This document shows positions 51,754-62,866 of a stretch of 64,000 bases of DNA, piece after piece. Source of the stretch: Rebecca billardiae RCC1528. Lineage: Eukaryota; Protista; Haptophyta. Under the pieces are notes generated by a model that had not been told where the DNA came from, did not search any database, and saw only the letters and a list, made by a program, of their open reading frames with translations. A program made the position numbers and the translations under genes. Positions within the stretch are counted from its first letter, which is position 1, and each line of letters begins with the position of its first letter. Where the stretch lies: NCBI GenBank assembly GCA_965240325.2, contig OZ251224.1:1798001-1862000 (forward strand), in the 5' to 3' direction.

Positions 51754-52738
51754 CGAGCAGGTGACGAGAGAGTTGCTCCGGTCCGGTCGGTCCGGAGAAC
51801 TTTGTAGCGTACCGTTTTTTTATTGTTTGTGTGTCGTGAGTGTGTCCCGGCGCCGATCGTGTTGTGTTGCGCGTCCCGGGACTCCGACTCAGCTGACTCC
51901 GAAGACCGTCGAGTCCCCGCGACCGCAGCCGAGCCCCGGAGTGGCGAGTCCCTGACCCTCCCGACCCAGCCCCAACTTTGATTGACGACATGACTTCAAC
52001 GAGAATAAATAATGGGCCATGCTGATGCAATAATCAAATGGGGCATCAGACCACCTGTGGCCCAATAGGTTCAGACTCTAATTTTAATTTTACTATATGT
52101 AATTACGAAATGCCCCTTACTCAGATTTCAGTACAGTCCGGGAGCGACCCGGATATCTATATAACATATATGCGCAAATGGTACCCGGATTGGGAATAAG
52201 TTAGTTATATAGCAGAAAATATAGAATATGAACCTATTGTCAGAGCTTTGGCTGATCCATAGTCTGGTCGTCCGGTATCGTCCAAGGGATCGCCTGGGGT
52301 GGTCTAGGAGCGATTGTACTTGTAGATCGTCATGTCAGAGGCGGCGATCCCGTCGATCTCCATGTCAAGATGTAACGCTCTAGTGAGGCCCGGACTTAGG
52401 GGGGTCAACCGAAGCCGGAGCCGCCTCTTTGACATTCATATCATCGTCGATTTGCTGATTCACATTCAGCTGTAGTCCAATTTGACAGAGTCTGATGACC
52501 GCGCCCGCACGCCTAGTACATAGCCAGTGGCCCGCGTAGACCCAATGCTTGAGATGCGGAGATGCCATCATCACTACTCATCAGTGAATTCAGTGATCAG
52601 AAGTAGCGCATATCCTGCCGCTAATAATATCGTCCGGCAGCAGATGATGATCGCGCGCAATATCACTATAGTGACAGTGACCATAAGACCGGACGGGCCG
52701 ATTGTACGTCGTATGTAGTTATTCTAAGATAAGTCGCC

Positions 52739-52980
<242 letters not shown>

Positions 52981-53015
52981 GTTATTCTAAGATAGGTCGC
53001 CGAATATATATATAT

Positions 53016-53061
<46 letters not shown>

Positions 53062-53136
53062 AATAGCTAATCTCGCCTGCCTGAGCTGTGTGCGTCTCCT
53101 ATTCTTTCTGCGTGCTATTCTAAGTAAACGCATTCT

Positions 53137-54743
53137 ATGATTTAACGACACAGGTAGGACGACGCGGGTCTCCTGATTCGTCGGCGGCAGTGCCCGATCG
53201 TCGACACGAAGTCGGCGCTGGTGGCAGAGCATAGCCTGCACATCGTAAAGCTTGAGCGCGGCCTTGAGCTACTGAAGCGCGATCCACCTGCGCTGCGCGG
53301 ATCGCATGGACCAGGACCTGCTGTGCCCCGAGCAAGGGCGAGCTGTACTAGTGAGTCCGCCGAACGCCAAATTAAATGAAAAGTCCGATGCTCCGTGGTC
53401 AACTCGCGGCTGCTCAGATCACCACAGATGTACGGTCAGTTAGTGCAATGGATGATGAGTCAAATTGATGTATGTATGACTGTCTGATGCCTGAGTGCTG
53501 CTGATGTCGTCGTCGTCCGGCTTGGGTCCCTGTGCCGAGTGCGGAGCGGGGGCGGACGCGGCGGGTGGCGGCACCGAGCAGCCGCCATCGTCGCACACCA
53601 TCGACGACTCAAGCTGGTCGGTGAGGCGGAAGCACCGGCGCCTGTTGTGCGCGTTCCTCCAGCGAATGGTGTCCAGTTCCGTGCACGCGCCGCCGTGCGG
53701 CGCGCTCTCCTCCGGCCAGTCCCAGTCGATAGCCGCAGCCGTATCCTTCGGCTGCCGGATCAGGTAGGAAAAGCGGCCCAACTGCTGCCCCCCGTCCGGC
53801 GAGCGGAACGTGCACGCGCGGATCGTCGAGACCTCCCACCCTTTGAGCGAGGCGAGGCAGGGCGCGCAGTGCTCCTTGGTGTGCCGGAAGTGGAGGGGCA
53901 TGTCGAGCCCCGAGGAGTTGTGCAGCCGAAACAGCGCGTCGCCGTCGCAGTAGGACGCGCGCAGCTCGTGCGCGAAGTGCGCCTGCCGGAGAACGGTCGA
54001 GGCGGCCGCGCGCGGCATCAGCGCCACGAAGTCCCACTGGAACATCACCGTGTTCCGCTGAAAGATGCTCCGCCTGAGCGTGTGCGGGTACCACATGTCG
54101 GGCCGGGTGCGCATCACCCACTTGTACTGCCGGCCACCGCGCAGCTCCTCCACTCGCTCCATCAGCCGTAGGCAGCCCTCGAAGCGCAGCGCGAGATCCA
54201 GCTGCGGGCCGCACGCGAACCGGTCGGATCCGTTGTGGCCGCCAAGCCACGGCGCGCACGGCACGCCCGGCCCGAGGAGCGAGCCCAGGAACGCGTGCAC
54301 GTCCGCGTCGTCGAAGGCGGTCAGCGCCACGGGCTCCACGTCGTGCTCGATCGAGCGGATCTGGTCGTCGGACGTGCGCGGCGGGTGATCCGAGTTGTTC
54401 CACCACCGGTGCCAGCCCTGGCTGAAGCTGGGCGAGAGCATGAAGAACACGTCCGCGTCCAGCGGATGCTTCACATTCCGCACAAAGTGGCGCGTCAGGT
54501 TGACGAAGGTGCGCACCTCACCCGCGACGCAGATCGCAGTGTCGGACGTGCCCACTTTGCACACGCCCTTGCACGCGGGGGCGGCGACGACCAGGTCGCG
54601 GCGCACGCCCGACAGCGCCGCGAGCGCCGCCAGCGTCGTCACCCGCTGCATACGTGCACACTTGGTTACAGTCGACGATCGGGCACTGCCGACGACGAAT
54701 CAGGAGACCTGCGCCGTCCTACCTGTACATGTCGTTAAATCAT
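53137..54743. mobile_element. Putative Pack-type element: ~70-bp inverted repeats enclosing an intact ORF
   Basis: 53137-53205 and 54671-54743 are inverted copies (ATGATTTAACGACA...GATCGTCGAC). No TSD recognised. Confidence 0.5.
53440..54651 (-). CDS. Hypothetical secreted/Golgi protein, glycosyltransferase-like
   Basis: 403-aa intronless ORF with N-terminal hydrophobic signal; AICVAGEVRTF...DVFF and YKWVMRTRPD motifs. Confidence 0.7.
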   Translation of the reverse strand: MQRVTTLAALAALSGVRRDLVVAAPACKGVCKVGTSDTAICVAGEVRTFVNLTRHFVRNVKHPLDADVFFMLSPSFSQGWHRWWNNSDHPPRTSDDQIRSIEHDVEPVALTAFDDADVHAFLGSLLGPGVPCAPWLGGHNGSDRFACGPQLDLALRFEGCLRLMERVEELRGGRQYKWVMRTRPDMWYPHTLRRSIFQRNTVMFQWDFVALMPRAAASTVLRQAHFAHELRASYCDGDALFRLHNSSGLDMPLHFRHTKEHCAPCLASLKGWEVSTIRACTFRSPDGGQQLGRFSYLIRQPKDTAAAIDWDWPEESAPHGGACTELDTIRWRNAHNRRRCFRLTDQLESSMVCDDGGCSVPPPAASAPAPHSAQGPKPDDDDISSTQASDSHTYINLTHHPLH

Positions 54744-54789
54744 GAGTATTATAAGGCGTGATTGACGCCATCCAACACTGCACAAAGAC

Positions 54790-54889
54790 CTGGCCGATAC
54801 ACACCCGGCCGCTCTGCGCGTGGTGGAACCACGCTGCTCTGCGAGCATGGGTTCCCCATGCGCAGAGCGGTAGGGTGTGTATCGGCCAG
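54790..54889. mobile_element. 100-bp fully palindromic MITE with 9-bp TSD (Mutator-like)
   Basis: CTGGCCGATACACACCC...GGGTGTGTATCGGCCAG pairs almost to the centre. TSD CACAAAGAC at 54781-54789 and 54890-54898. Confidence 0.88.
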
Positions 54890-54997
54890 CACAAAGACCC
54901 CGCCACAAAACAGACCACGGAACCTGTGATTATTTTCATTTTGAAAAGCGACATCTGAACCAAGGGCGTTCCCGGGATCCTGCCACACGCTCCCGAA

Positions 54998-55028
54998 AGC
55001 AATGCCCCCCCCTGGGGGGGGCATTGCT
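54998..55028. repeat. Perfect 15-bp-arm palindrome
   Basis: AGCAATG-C8-T-G8-CATTGCT. Confidence 0.9.
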
Positions 55029-55454
55029 ACCGGACTGGCGCGGGCCGTAATCAAATGTATCCGCTTTAAATAGAGGAAGCCAATTTCAATAGGAACGCGG
55101 TTCGATTTGGCGTATGACCAGTGCGGGGAACGCCCCTGGGAATCGGAACCGTGTTTGTCCAGCTGCGGGCGGCGAAATAACCGCTTCGCGCCACGTCTGG
55201 TACCGAAGGTGAGGAAGCCCAGGCAGTCGATACCGCCCTTGGGCGGGGCTGCATCACATTCTGGCTGACGCGCCACTGCTCACCCTGCGCACCCCCCTGG
55301 GCTGATCGGAGGCGGCCCCCACGGCCCGTGCTCTGCAGCTAGCTGCTGGTGGCTGGCCTGCATGGATTTTCAAGCTGACTGACACCCACTACTGCCTGCA
55401 GCAGCCCTCGCGCGCGCACGCGCCGCGCGCGCGCAATCGAGAGAGACTAGGACT

Positions 55455-55626
<172 letters not shown>

Positions 55627-57412
55627 CTACTCCGCGGACTTAGAGACTAACTAATGGAGAGTGAGATCGATCCCAGGACAATAGTTGATAGTTATAGGAA
55701 TATAGCATAGCGCCGTACCGATTAACCGAAGCCGGACGGCGTCAGCCGCGTCAGGTGACCGGCACTCAGACTCAGACGACGACGACGTGGCGGTCGGGAC
55801 CGCCGGACCGCAGTCACTTTTTTAAAAAGTGACTTAGTCTTAGTCGTGGCGGCCGTCGGAGTCCGCCGTGTCTGCTGATTTGAGCTTACTCGCCCTCGGT
55901 GAGTACAGACTCGGTGAGCTAGTAGTCACTGTCAGAGCGCACGGTCCCGAGTCCGCTGGCCTCATCAATCAGATGATGCCGACTCTGATGCTGATGATGA
56001 TGACAATGGCAACATCGTCATCAGACTGACGACTGTCATCAGTCACCGACCGGCCAGTGGCAGCAGTGCCGAGTGCGCTGCGGCCCGGCAGCTGGGCCAG
56101 GCCGCGGCCCGCCGCGTGCGCTGGCCCGCGCACGGTGAGTGACTGAGTCCGAACGAGTCGCGGTGACACCCCTGGACGGGCCTTGTCGTAGTTGATGAGG
56201 CATGTAATGGCGTACCATCCGCGTCACGCGTCAGCGTGTTCGTGTCGGCGGCGCCATCCCGTGAAGAACCTCGGCGGGGGAGTTCGAAGTAGGCTGGAGC
56301 TTCAAGGCAGATGTGAGATGAACAGGTGCCCAGAGTGTTGTGGCCTGCGAGTAGGTTTGGTTGTCGCTGATGGTGAGCCTGAGACTTACTCTGTGCCCGG
56401 ACATGAGATCATCTGGGTGCCGTTGTGGATGATGCTGTCATCCGCGCGTCCTCCACAGCGGGTGATGACGCCATGATCGGCACGGCAGCAGTGGCATCTC
56501 CGGGGTCGGGAGCATCATCCGACATGGCGAGCGCACCGAGGACATTCTGCACCGCGCTCACGGCACCAGCAGTGCTGGGCTCACGTGCACCCATCTCCCC
56601 ACTGCTGGACTCGTCATCACCGTCGTCCCCGCTCACGTCTGATCCATCATCCGCAGGCGGGCCGTGTGCTTGTGCAGCTGCAGCCGCCAGCGCCATGGCC
56701 GTGTCATCACCTGCAGCCATGGCTGCCCGCGCATGTACGTGGCCATGTGAGCGGAGCACGGCAGCTGCAGCGCTCTTGGCGAGTTGCAGAGAGCGCGCCG
56801 CTTGTCGCGGCATCCCACTGCCGCCGCCGCGCTTGCCGATGGCCCTGCCTCGTCTATTTGTCGGCATGATCACCAGCAAGGCTCCATCGTGATTAATTTG
56901 ACGATGCAGAGTGACCAGCGCGGAGAGCCCGGCAGAGCCGAGATCGCATCCTGACTGATAGTGGATAGATATGACAGTCTGCACCTGCGGTCGACAGCCG
57001 GCGTGCAGCCGTAGCCTTTCGATCTGACGTGAGTGGTGCCAGCGGCCTTGCTGCTGCGGCTTGCCCCGGTGAGTCCTCGTGCCAGTCTCAGTGACAGTCC
57101 GCAGGCCTACCAGCGTCGATGTCTTGCGATGAACACGCGGCCCTGCAATCCGGACGCATGCGCGCGCCGTCAAAGACGCAGGCACGCCCCGAGGCAAATG
57201 CCCCGATGCTGCCGCTGGACGTGACCGGGGTGCCGATCCACGAGGTCAATGCCGAGGTCGATGTCGATGGACCACGTGCGGGGCGAGTGACCCGTCGCAA
57301 CACGTTGCCAGCTCGAATCATGCGCGGCCGAGACAGCTTCGTGTGCGCAATCCTCGACAGCGACGCCATCGTCGCGAGCCCGCGCGAAGCGGGACCAGAA
57401 ACGTCCAGCCCA

Positions 57413-58438
57413 TCATGCCTCGTAGTGCACGACCTCCACAGAATCGTCGTCCGCGATGGCGCACACCTTTGTCTCACTCGGGTGTGCTGCGCATGCGCTG
57501 ATCGGGAGCGTCCGCGTGGTGAGGACGCGGACGTCAAGCAGCGTGCCAAAGTTGGCCGCTGTGTTGTCCGAGCTGACAAAGACCCACTGGAGGAGCTTGC
57601 CGTCCCCCGAGGCGGTGACCAGCGTGTTGCGCGCCGCGGGCAGCGGGAACGCGACGTCCCAGACGGCGGTCCGGGCTGGGAGCGGCTCGGACCAGAGGGC
57701 CGCGCTCGGCTTGCGCTCGTCGAAGATGCTCACCGTGCCCGCACTCGTGCCCGACGCGATCAGCTTAGCCGTCGGGTGGAACGCGACGGCAGTGACAGTC
57801 TCCGGCAGGTCAGCGACGGCGCTCCCCCCGAAGGTCACGGACGCATCCGAGCTGTGGATGCGCGCGTCCCACATCTTGACAGAGGCGCCCCCAGTGACAG
57901 CCGTGTGCGCGCCAGAGCACACCAGGCAATGGAGCGCATCCTCCTCGCGGCAGACGACGCGCACGAGCTGGCCAGAGGCCTGGCTGAGGACGTGCAGCCG
58001 CCCATCCTCACCGGTGCTCGCTAGAGTGTCACGCTGCAGTGGGAACGCGGCGACCGCGGTGGCCGCACCCGTGCGCTGTGCATTGCCACTCGTGACCCAC
58101 TTCCGCGAGATGGTGAGCGCACCCATCGGGTCGCTCTGGATCTCGTAGTGGGCGATGTGCCCAGAGTCCGAAGCGGTCAGGACCTGGATGCCCCCCGCCG
58201 GCGATTCCGGCGCGAGCGTGTCTAGTGCGCTCACGCCGCCGTCGTGTCGCGCCTCGCACAGCATGCGGTCCGCAGATGGCGAGCGCACCTGCTCGTAGTC
58301 CTCCTCCAAGTCCCAGATGGACAGCGCCGACTGCCCATCCTCGTCATCCCAGCTGCCGGTGATGGCCACGTCTCGCCGCCCCTCGCCCAGTGGCAGCCAC
58401 AGCGCCGAGCGCTGCTTCCTGCCCGTGAAGAGCAACAT
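57413..58438 (-). CDS. NUP43: WD40 protein, nucleoporin Nup43-like
   Basis: N-terminal W...AITGSWDDE...LSIW and HDGGVSAL, then WD repeats (LASTGEDGRLHV, VAFHP...IASGTSAGTVSIFDER, VWDVAF, LVTASGDGKLLQW). Confidence 0.72.
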   Translation of the reverse strand: MLLFTGRKQRSALWLPLGEGRRDVAITGSWDDEDGQSALSIWDLEEDYEQVRSPSADRMLCEARHDGGVSALDTLAPESPAGGIQVLTASDSGHIAHYEIQSDPMGALTISRKWVTSGNAQRTGAATAVAAFPLQRDTLASTGEDGRLHVLSQASGQLVRVVCREEDALHCLVCSGAHTAVTGGASVKMWDARIHSSDASVTFGGSAVADLPETVTAVAFHPTAKLIASGTSAGTVSIFDERKPSAALWSEPLPARTAVWDVAFPLPAARNTLVTASGDGKLLQWVFVSSDNTAANFGTLLDVRVLTTRTLPISACAAHPSETKVCAIADDDSVEVVHYEA

Positions 58439-58502
58439 CGAGGCCGAGCGAGCGCGCGGGCAGTGGGTCCCGAATTCAGCACGACGCCGACGGGGAAACA
58501 CG

Positions 58503-59597
58503 ATGGCGGCTGCTCGGCCCTCCTGCCCTCATGCTGTGCTGGCGTTCTTGATGGCCCTCACAGCGGTGTTCCTCGAGCCATGCAGGGGCGAGTACGCGTA
58601 TGTCGTCGTGATCAACGGGGCCACGCTCGACGATGCTGACGAGCGGACGCACGTCATCGTCGTGACGGAGACGGGTGCCAGAAACGATCATCTCCGCGGG
58701 CGTTGCGTGGCGCATCCCGGGATGCTGCCTCCGGTGCGCGCGCTGCTGTCGTGCACGCTCTTCAGCGCGATCCACTACGCCAATGGGCTCTCGGCTGAAG
58801 ATCAAGCCATCATCCTCCTGGCGCCTGGCCACTACGTGCTGTACGAGCCGCTGCCACGTGTCACCCGCGACGTCGAAATCCGCGGCAGCGCCGAGCCTTG
58901 GAAGCCGTCAGATCCAGCAAGCGAGGCGGCCATCACGCTCGAGGGTGGTCGTGGCCACTTCATGCCGGAGGCACACAGCGACATCGAACGCGTCACCATC
59001 GACGGAATGCAGCAGCGCCGCATCTTCGACTTTGCGCAGAACGTGCATGTTGGACTGCGCCACCTGACCCTCACCAACGGGTTTGCCGACCTCGGCGGGG
59101 CCGTGAGGCAAGGGCCCGGTGGGCGGCTTGTGCTGCACAACGTCAGCATTCATCTGTCGCGCGCGGCCTACGGCGGGGCCGTCTACTCGGAGTCCACCTT
59201 GCACGTGACGCGCTCAGGCGTGCTCTGGTGCGAGGCCTCTCTGTGCGGCGGCGCCGTCTACACGTCCGCACAGCAGTTTGACGCGCACAGCTCGCTGTTC
59301 AGCGAGTGCAGGGACGCGTGCTCACGCCGACCTCCTGAGGTGGTGCTCACCGAGGCCGTGCGCGCGGACGGCAGGAAAGACGTCGTGATTGCCGTTGGCC
59401 CTGCCATCTCGCTGAGTGCCGATACTTGGGCCACAGAGCGCAAGCGCATGCGCGAGGCGGACGACGCCAACTTGCACAAGCTGCAGGCTCAGGCTGGCAG
59501 CCTGGCAGCAGCGCGCGACGGTGCTGGCGGTCATCAGTGGCAGCACGAGCAAGGGCAACGGCGTGGACTCGACAGCTCCCGCCCCGAAAGGATCTGA
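58503..59597 (+). CDS. Secreted protein with CSLREA-like motif and GGA(V)-type beta-helix repeats
   Basis: Signal peptide; CTLFSAIHYAN...IILLAPGHY..LP, TIDG..RIF, LTLTNG..GGAV, GGAVY twice. Confidence 0.72.
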   Translation: MAAARPSCPHAVLAFLMALTAVFLEPCRGEYAYVVVINGATLDDADERTHVIVVTETGARNDHLRGRCVAHPGMLPPVRALLSCTLFSAIHYANGLSAEDQAIILLAPGHYVLYEPLPRVTRDVEIRGSAEPWKPSDPASEAAITLEGGRGHFMPEAHSDIERVTIDGMQQRRIFDFAQNVHVGLRHLTLTNGFADLGGAVRQGPGGRLVLHNVSIHLSRAAYGGAVYSESTLHVTRSGVLWCEASLCGGAVYTSAQQFDAHSSLFSECRDACSRRPPEVVLTEAVRADGRKDVVIAVGPAISLSADTWATERKRMREADDANLHKLQAQAGSLAAARDGAGGHQWQHEQGQRRGLDSSRPERI

Positions 59598-59785
59598 GAA
59601 CTGGCGACGATACAGTTTACTAAGCCAACTAAGACTAAGACTCACTAAGAGACGCTGAATGCACTCAGTCGCACACTGATGGTTACAGTTTATGTTGAGA
59701 AATATAGAATAATAAGAGATGCACACGCGTACAGCACAGGCAGGCGAGATACATGTAAAGTACTGTTTTGTGGCGGTGTAGCTTA

Positions 59786-59983
59786 TAAATTCCCCCTTAT
59801 GAATAACGGGAGCCCTCCGGGTGATCTGAGACTGGCGCCGGGCGAAGCCTCCAGCCCTACCCTGGCCAGCCCCCAACCAACCACCACCCTCAGTCCCTCA
59901 CCCAACCTCAAACCACTGACCGAGACACCTAGCGCCTTGACACCACTCCACTGTGGACAGCCCGCCTCCAGAGGGGGCGGGGG
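59786..59983. repeat. ~180-200-bp dispersed element, copy 1
   Basis: Colinear with 60368-60542 (TAAATTCCCC...CCAGCCCTACCCTGGCCAGCCCCCAACCAACC...CCAGAGGGGGCGGGG). Confidence 0.9.
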
Positions 59984-60367
59984 TACAGTTTACTAAGAAT
60001 AAGAGACGCACACAGCTCAGGCAGGCGAGATTGACGCCCGCCAACTGTCACCGCCCATGAAGCCGTCGCCGATGGTAGCGCCGCCGGGAAAAATCGTTCA
60101 GCCGTCCGCCTGCGAGGCCTGGATGAGGGCTGCGGCCGCCTCGCGGCGCGCCAGCGCCCGTCGTCCTCGCCCCACCGTCGTCCACAAAACGTCGTCGTCC
60201 GAACTCGCCGACTGGGCGCCGATGCGACAGCGCGCCGACAGGATGAGGATGTAGTAGGGAATCAAGAGAGAGCCCCACTACCGCCCTTGGCCCCACCGTC
60301 GGTTGGGCAAGGTGTGTATCAAGCCAAAGGAATCAAGATCAAGCGGTATGCCATTGCCAACACGTCT

Positions 60368-60542
60368 TAAATTCCCCTTTATAACGGGCTCCGGGTGATC
60401 AGACTGGCGGCCGAAGCCTCCAGCCCTACCCTGGCCAGCCCCCAACCAACCACCACCCTCACCCAACCTCAAACCACTGACCGATACACCGAGTGCCTTG
60501 ACACCACTCCGCTGTGGACAGCCCGCCTCCAGAGGGGGCGGG
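60368..60542. repeat. ~180-bp dispersed element, copy 2, flanked by an 18-bp direct repeat
   Basis: GGTATGCCATTGCC(A/G)ACA at 60345-60362 and 60543-60560. Confidence 0.88.
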
Positions 60543-60896
60543 GGTATGCCATTGCCGACAGCATACAAGCCCAACACTGTGGGGTGGTCCCAGGTACCAG
60601 CAGTGCACTGCCTTGCAATTCGAGATCATCGAGTTTGAGCCGAGTCGGCAGACTGGGCACCCCCTAGGGCGCCCCAGTGTGGGCAGAGGGCCAGCCACTA
60701 GCCGATCCCTGCGCGGGGGAGGGGACGGAGGGGGCTGTCAGCGAGCCCAGTAGCTGGGCCGGGGTCTGGGCCACTGGTCCTGGCAGTGAGGCGCCTGTAT
60801 TTCACTCGTGCTGCTATGGAGGCAGATGGTGTCATGTCAGACATGTGTGCGATATCGGGCACGTGGGGTGGTCTTTTGCACCCGCCAATCTGTCAT

Positions 60897-61427
60897 ATGG
60901 CGACCGCCCTCGTCATCGGTGCTCTCCTGCCGATCTCACTCTGTCCGGGCCGTGTGCCTCTGCGCCCGGCGGTGCCCCGGCACCGCGTCACCATCGCGGC
61001 CGCTGTACCACCTTCTGACGAGGCGCCTGCCGGCGGGCTGCAGCAGACGGGCGCGGACGGCGGCATCGCGAAGACTGCGGCGGTCGCTGCGCTCGGCGCG
61101 CAGCTGCAGGCGCAGAGCAACGCGCGCGCGCGGGGGCGGCAGGCCGGCGGCTTCACGGGCGTCATAGAGATAGTGACCCGTGAGGGCTGCGCACAGTGCG
61201 CGAGCGCGCTCAAAGCGCTCCAGGGCTTGGGCATCGCGGCCGAGCGCCTCGTCGAGCGCGACGTGGACGCACCCCCAACGCCAGACGCTTCTGACCGCGT
61301 GGAGCACGCGAGGGCCAGCGGAGTTCCGCAGGTGTACGTGCTACGCGAGGGACAGGAGGCAGAGCGCATTGTCAGCCTGTGGATGGAGATCGGCAGTGGT
61401 GCCCTCCAGCGTCGACTGGCCTCATGA
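60897..61427 (+). CDS. Glutaredoxin-like protein with signal/transit-like N-terminus
   Basis: IEIVTREGCAQCASALKAL...ERDVD...GVPQVYV (CxxC and VPQ motifs). Start may be 60817. Confidence 0.75.
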   Translation: MATALVIGALLPISLCPGRVPLRPAVPRHRVTIAAAVPPSDEAPAGGLQQTGADGGIAKTAAVAALGAQLQAQSNARARGRQAGGFTGVIEIVTREGCAQCASALKALQGLGIAAERLVERDVDAPPTPDASDRVEHARASGVPQVYVLREGQEAERIVSLWMEIGSGALQRRLAS

Positions 61428-61684
61428 GCCCGCCGGCGCCGGCTGGCCAAGCCGCCGAGGCCGTGCCCCGTCTGGCCGTCGTGCACGCACTCAATGATGA
61501 TACTCATTGCGCGACGGCGGTGAATTCGACCATAGATAGCTACCGTTCTTCCGAGGACGACTGGGTCCAGCATCCGACGATCCGCCTTAGCTATCTAGAC
61601 GTATACTTTGAATCCGCGGCGCCGGTACAGCTTAGTTAGAGACGAGAGACTGCCGATCAATGGTCCGGTCCGAGCCGCGGAGCG

Positions 61685-61687
<3 letters not shown>

Positions 61688-61778
<91 letters not shown>
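61688..61778. repeat. (CT)n microsatellite
   Basis: Directly visible. Confidence 0.97.
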
Positions 61779-61782
<4 letters not shown>

Positions 61783-62866
61783 GACTACATATATACTACG
61801 GGACTATGTACTATGTAGCATTGTCGTTTCAATAAGTAATGTGATAATGTCCGCCAATGGAGTAAGACGTGATGATTGCGGCCAACAACTAAGCGCCTAG
61901 CTCGAGTGAGTATCAGAGAGTAGAGAGAGATGATAGTTAAGAGAGTCAGCACTACGACACGACGACTCGAGCTAGTATCGTCATCACGACGATCACGTCT
62001 CACTGACGCCGGAGCGCCCGAAGGCGAAGCCTCACGAGTCACGCGCGCACGTCTGAGTCTGTGAGTCGTCTCAACGCATCTCATTGATTGAAGTCTACTA
62101 CTAATAAGCTACTACTACTACGACTAATACTGCAATAACGCCGCGCGCGCATCTATCTTCATATCTGTATACACTAGTCGATCGTGCGCACAAATTCACA
62201 GCAAACTTCCGGGCAGTCATGTCCGTCAATTGGCGGTCATCCGCAGCGTCACTGTATCATTCTAATCATCATAGCTTAGTCAATGATGCATTGATGATCT
62301 GAACTACTTGCTGACAATGATTAATCAGCGCAGTGCGGCAGTAGTAGATAGTAGCAGCAGTTCTGAACCGTCTGATGCTGCCGCGGGCGACTAAGAGTAA
62401 CAGTGGCACTGCGACGGCAGCGCGTGGTCAGCACGCCGGTCGCCACCCTTTGGTTTAGTGAGTTGGCGTTATTCAGGTCGTAGTTCGGATGGCGGTTGGC
62501 AGCACGGCACGGCATCGGCCATCGATCATCTGACTAACGGCTATTTCCCGTTAGAACTAACTACTCGTCCTTATACTCAGACCTTAGCCGCCTGCTGGCT
62601 AAGGTCTGAGTATAAGGCTAAGGTCTGGCTAAGGTCTGCCATTACTTTATTTATACTGCTTAAGCTAGCGTCCTGACTCCGACAGTCACCGTACCGAGTA
62701 CGGACTTGGCTGAGACTCCCGTGGCACCGCACCGGCACTACTCCGCAGGCCGCCGTGCCTGTCTGGCGATTTACAATTTCTATAAGTGAATCGAGCGGCA
62801 AGCGGCGAGCCTGCTCCACGCCAGCCCTGCGAGCACAGTGCGCTGACGATGGGTGTCACCGCGCCT

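Noticed and set aside
54900-55276. GIDCLGF motif suggesting a reverse transcriptase fragment
   Set aside because: A single short match with no YxDD or other RT motifs nearby.
57119-58024. 301-aa plus-strand ORF
   Set aside because: Mostly antisense to the WD40 gene, with no recognisable motifs.
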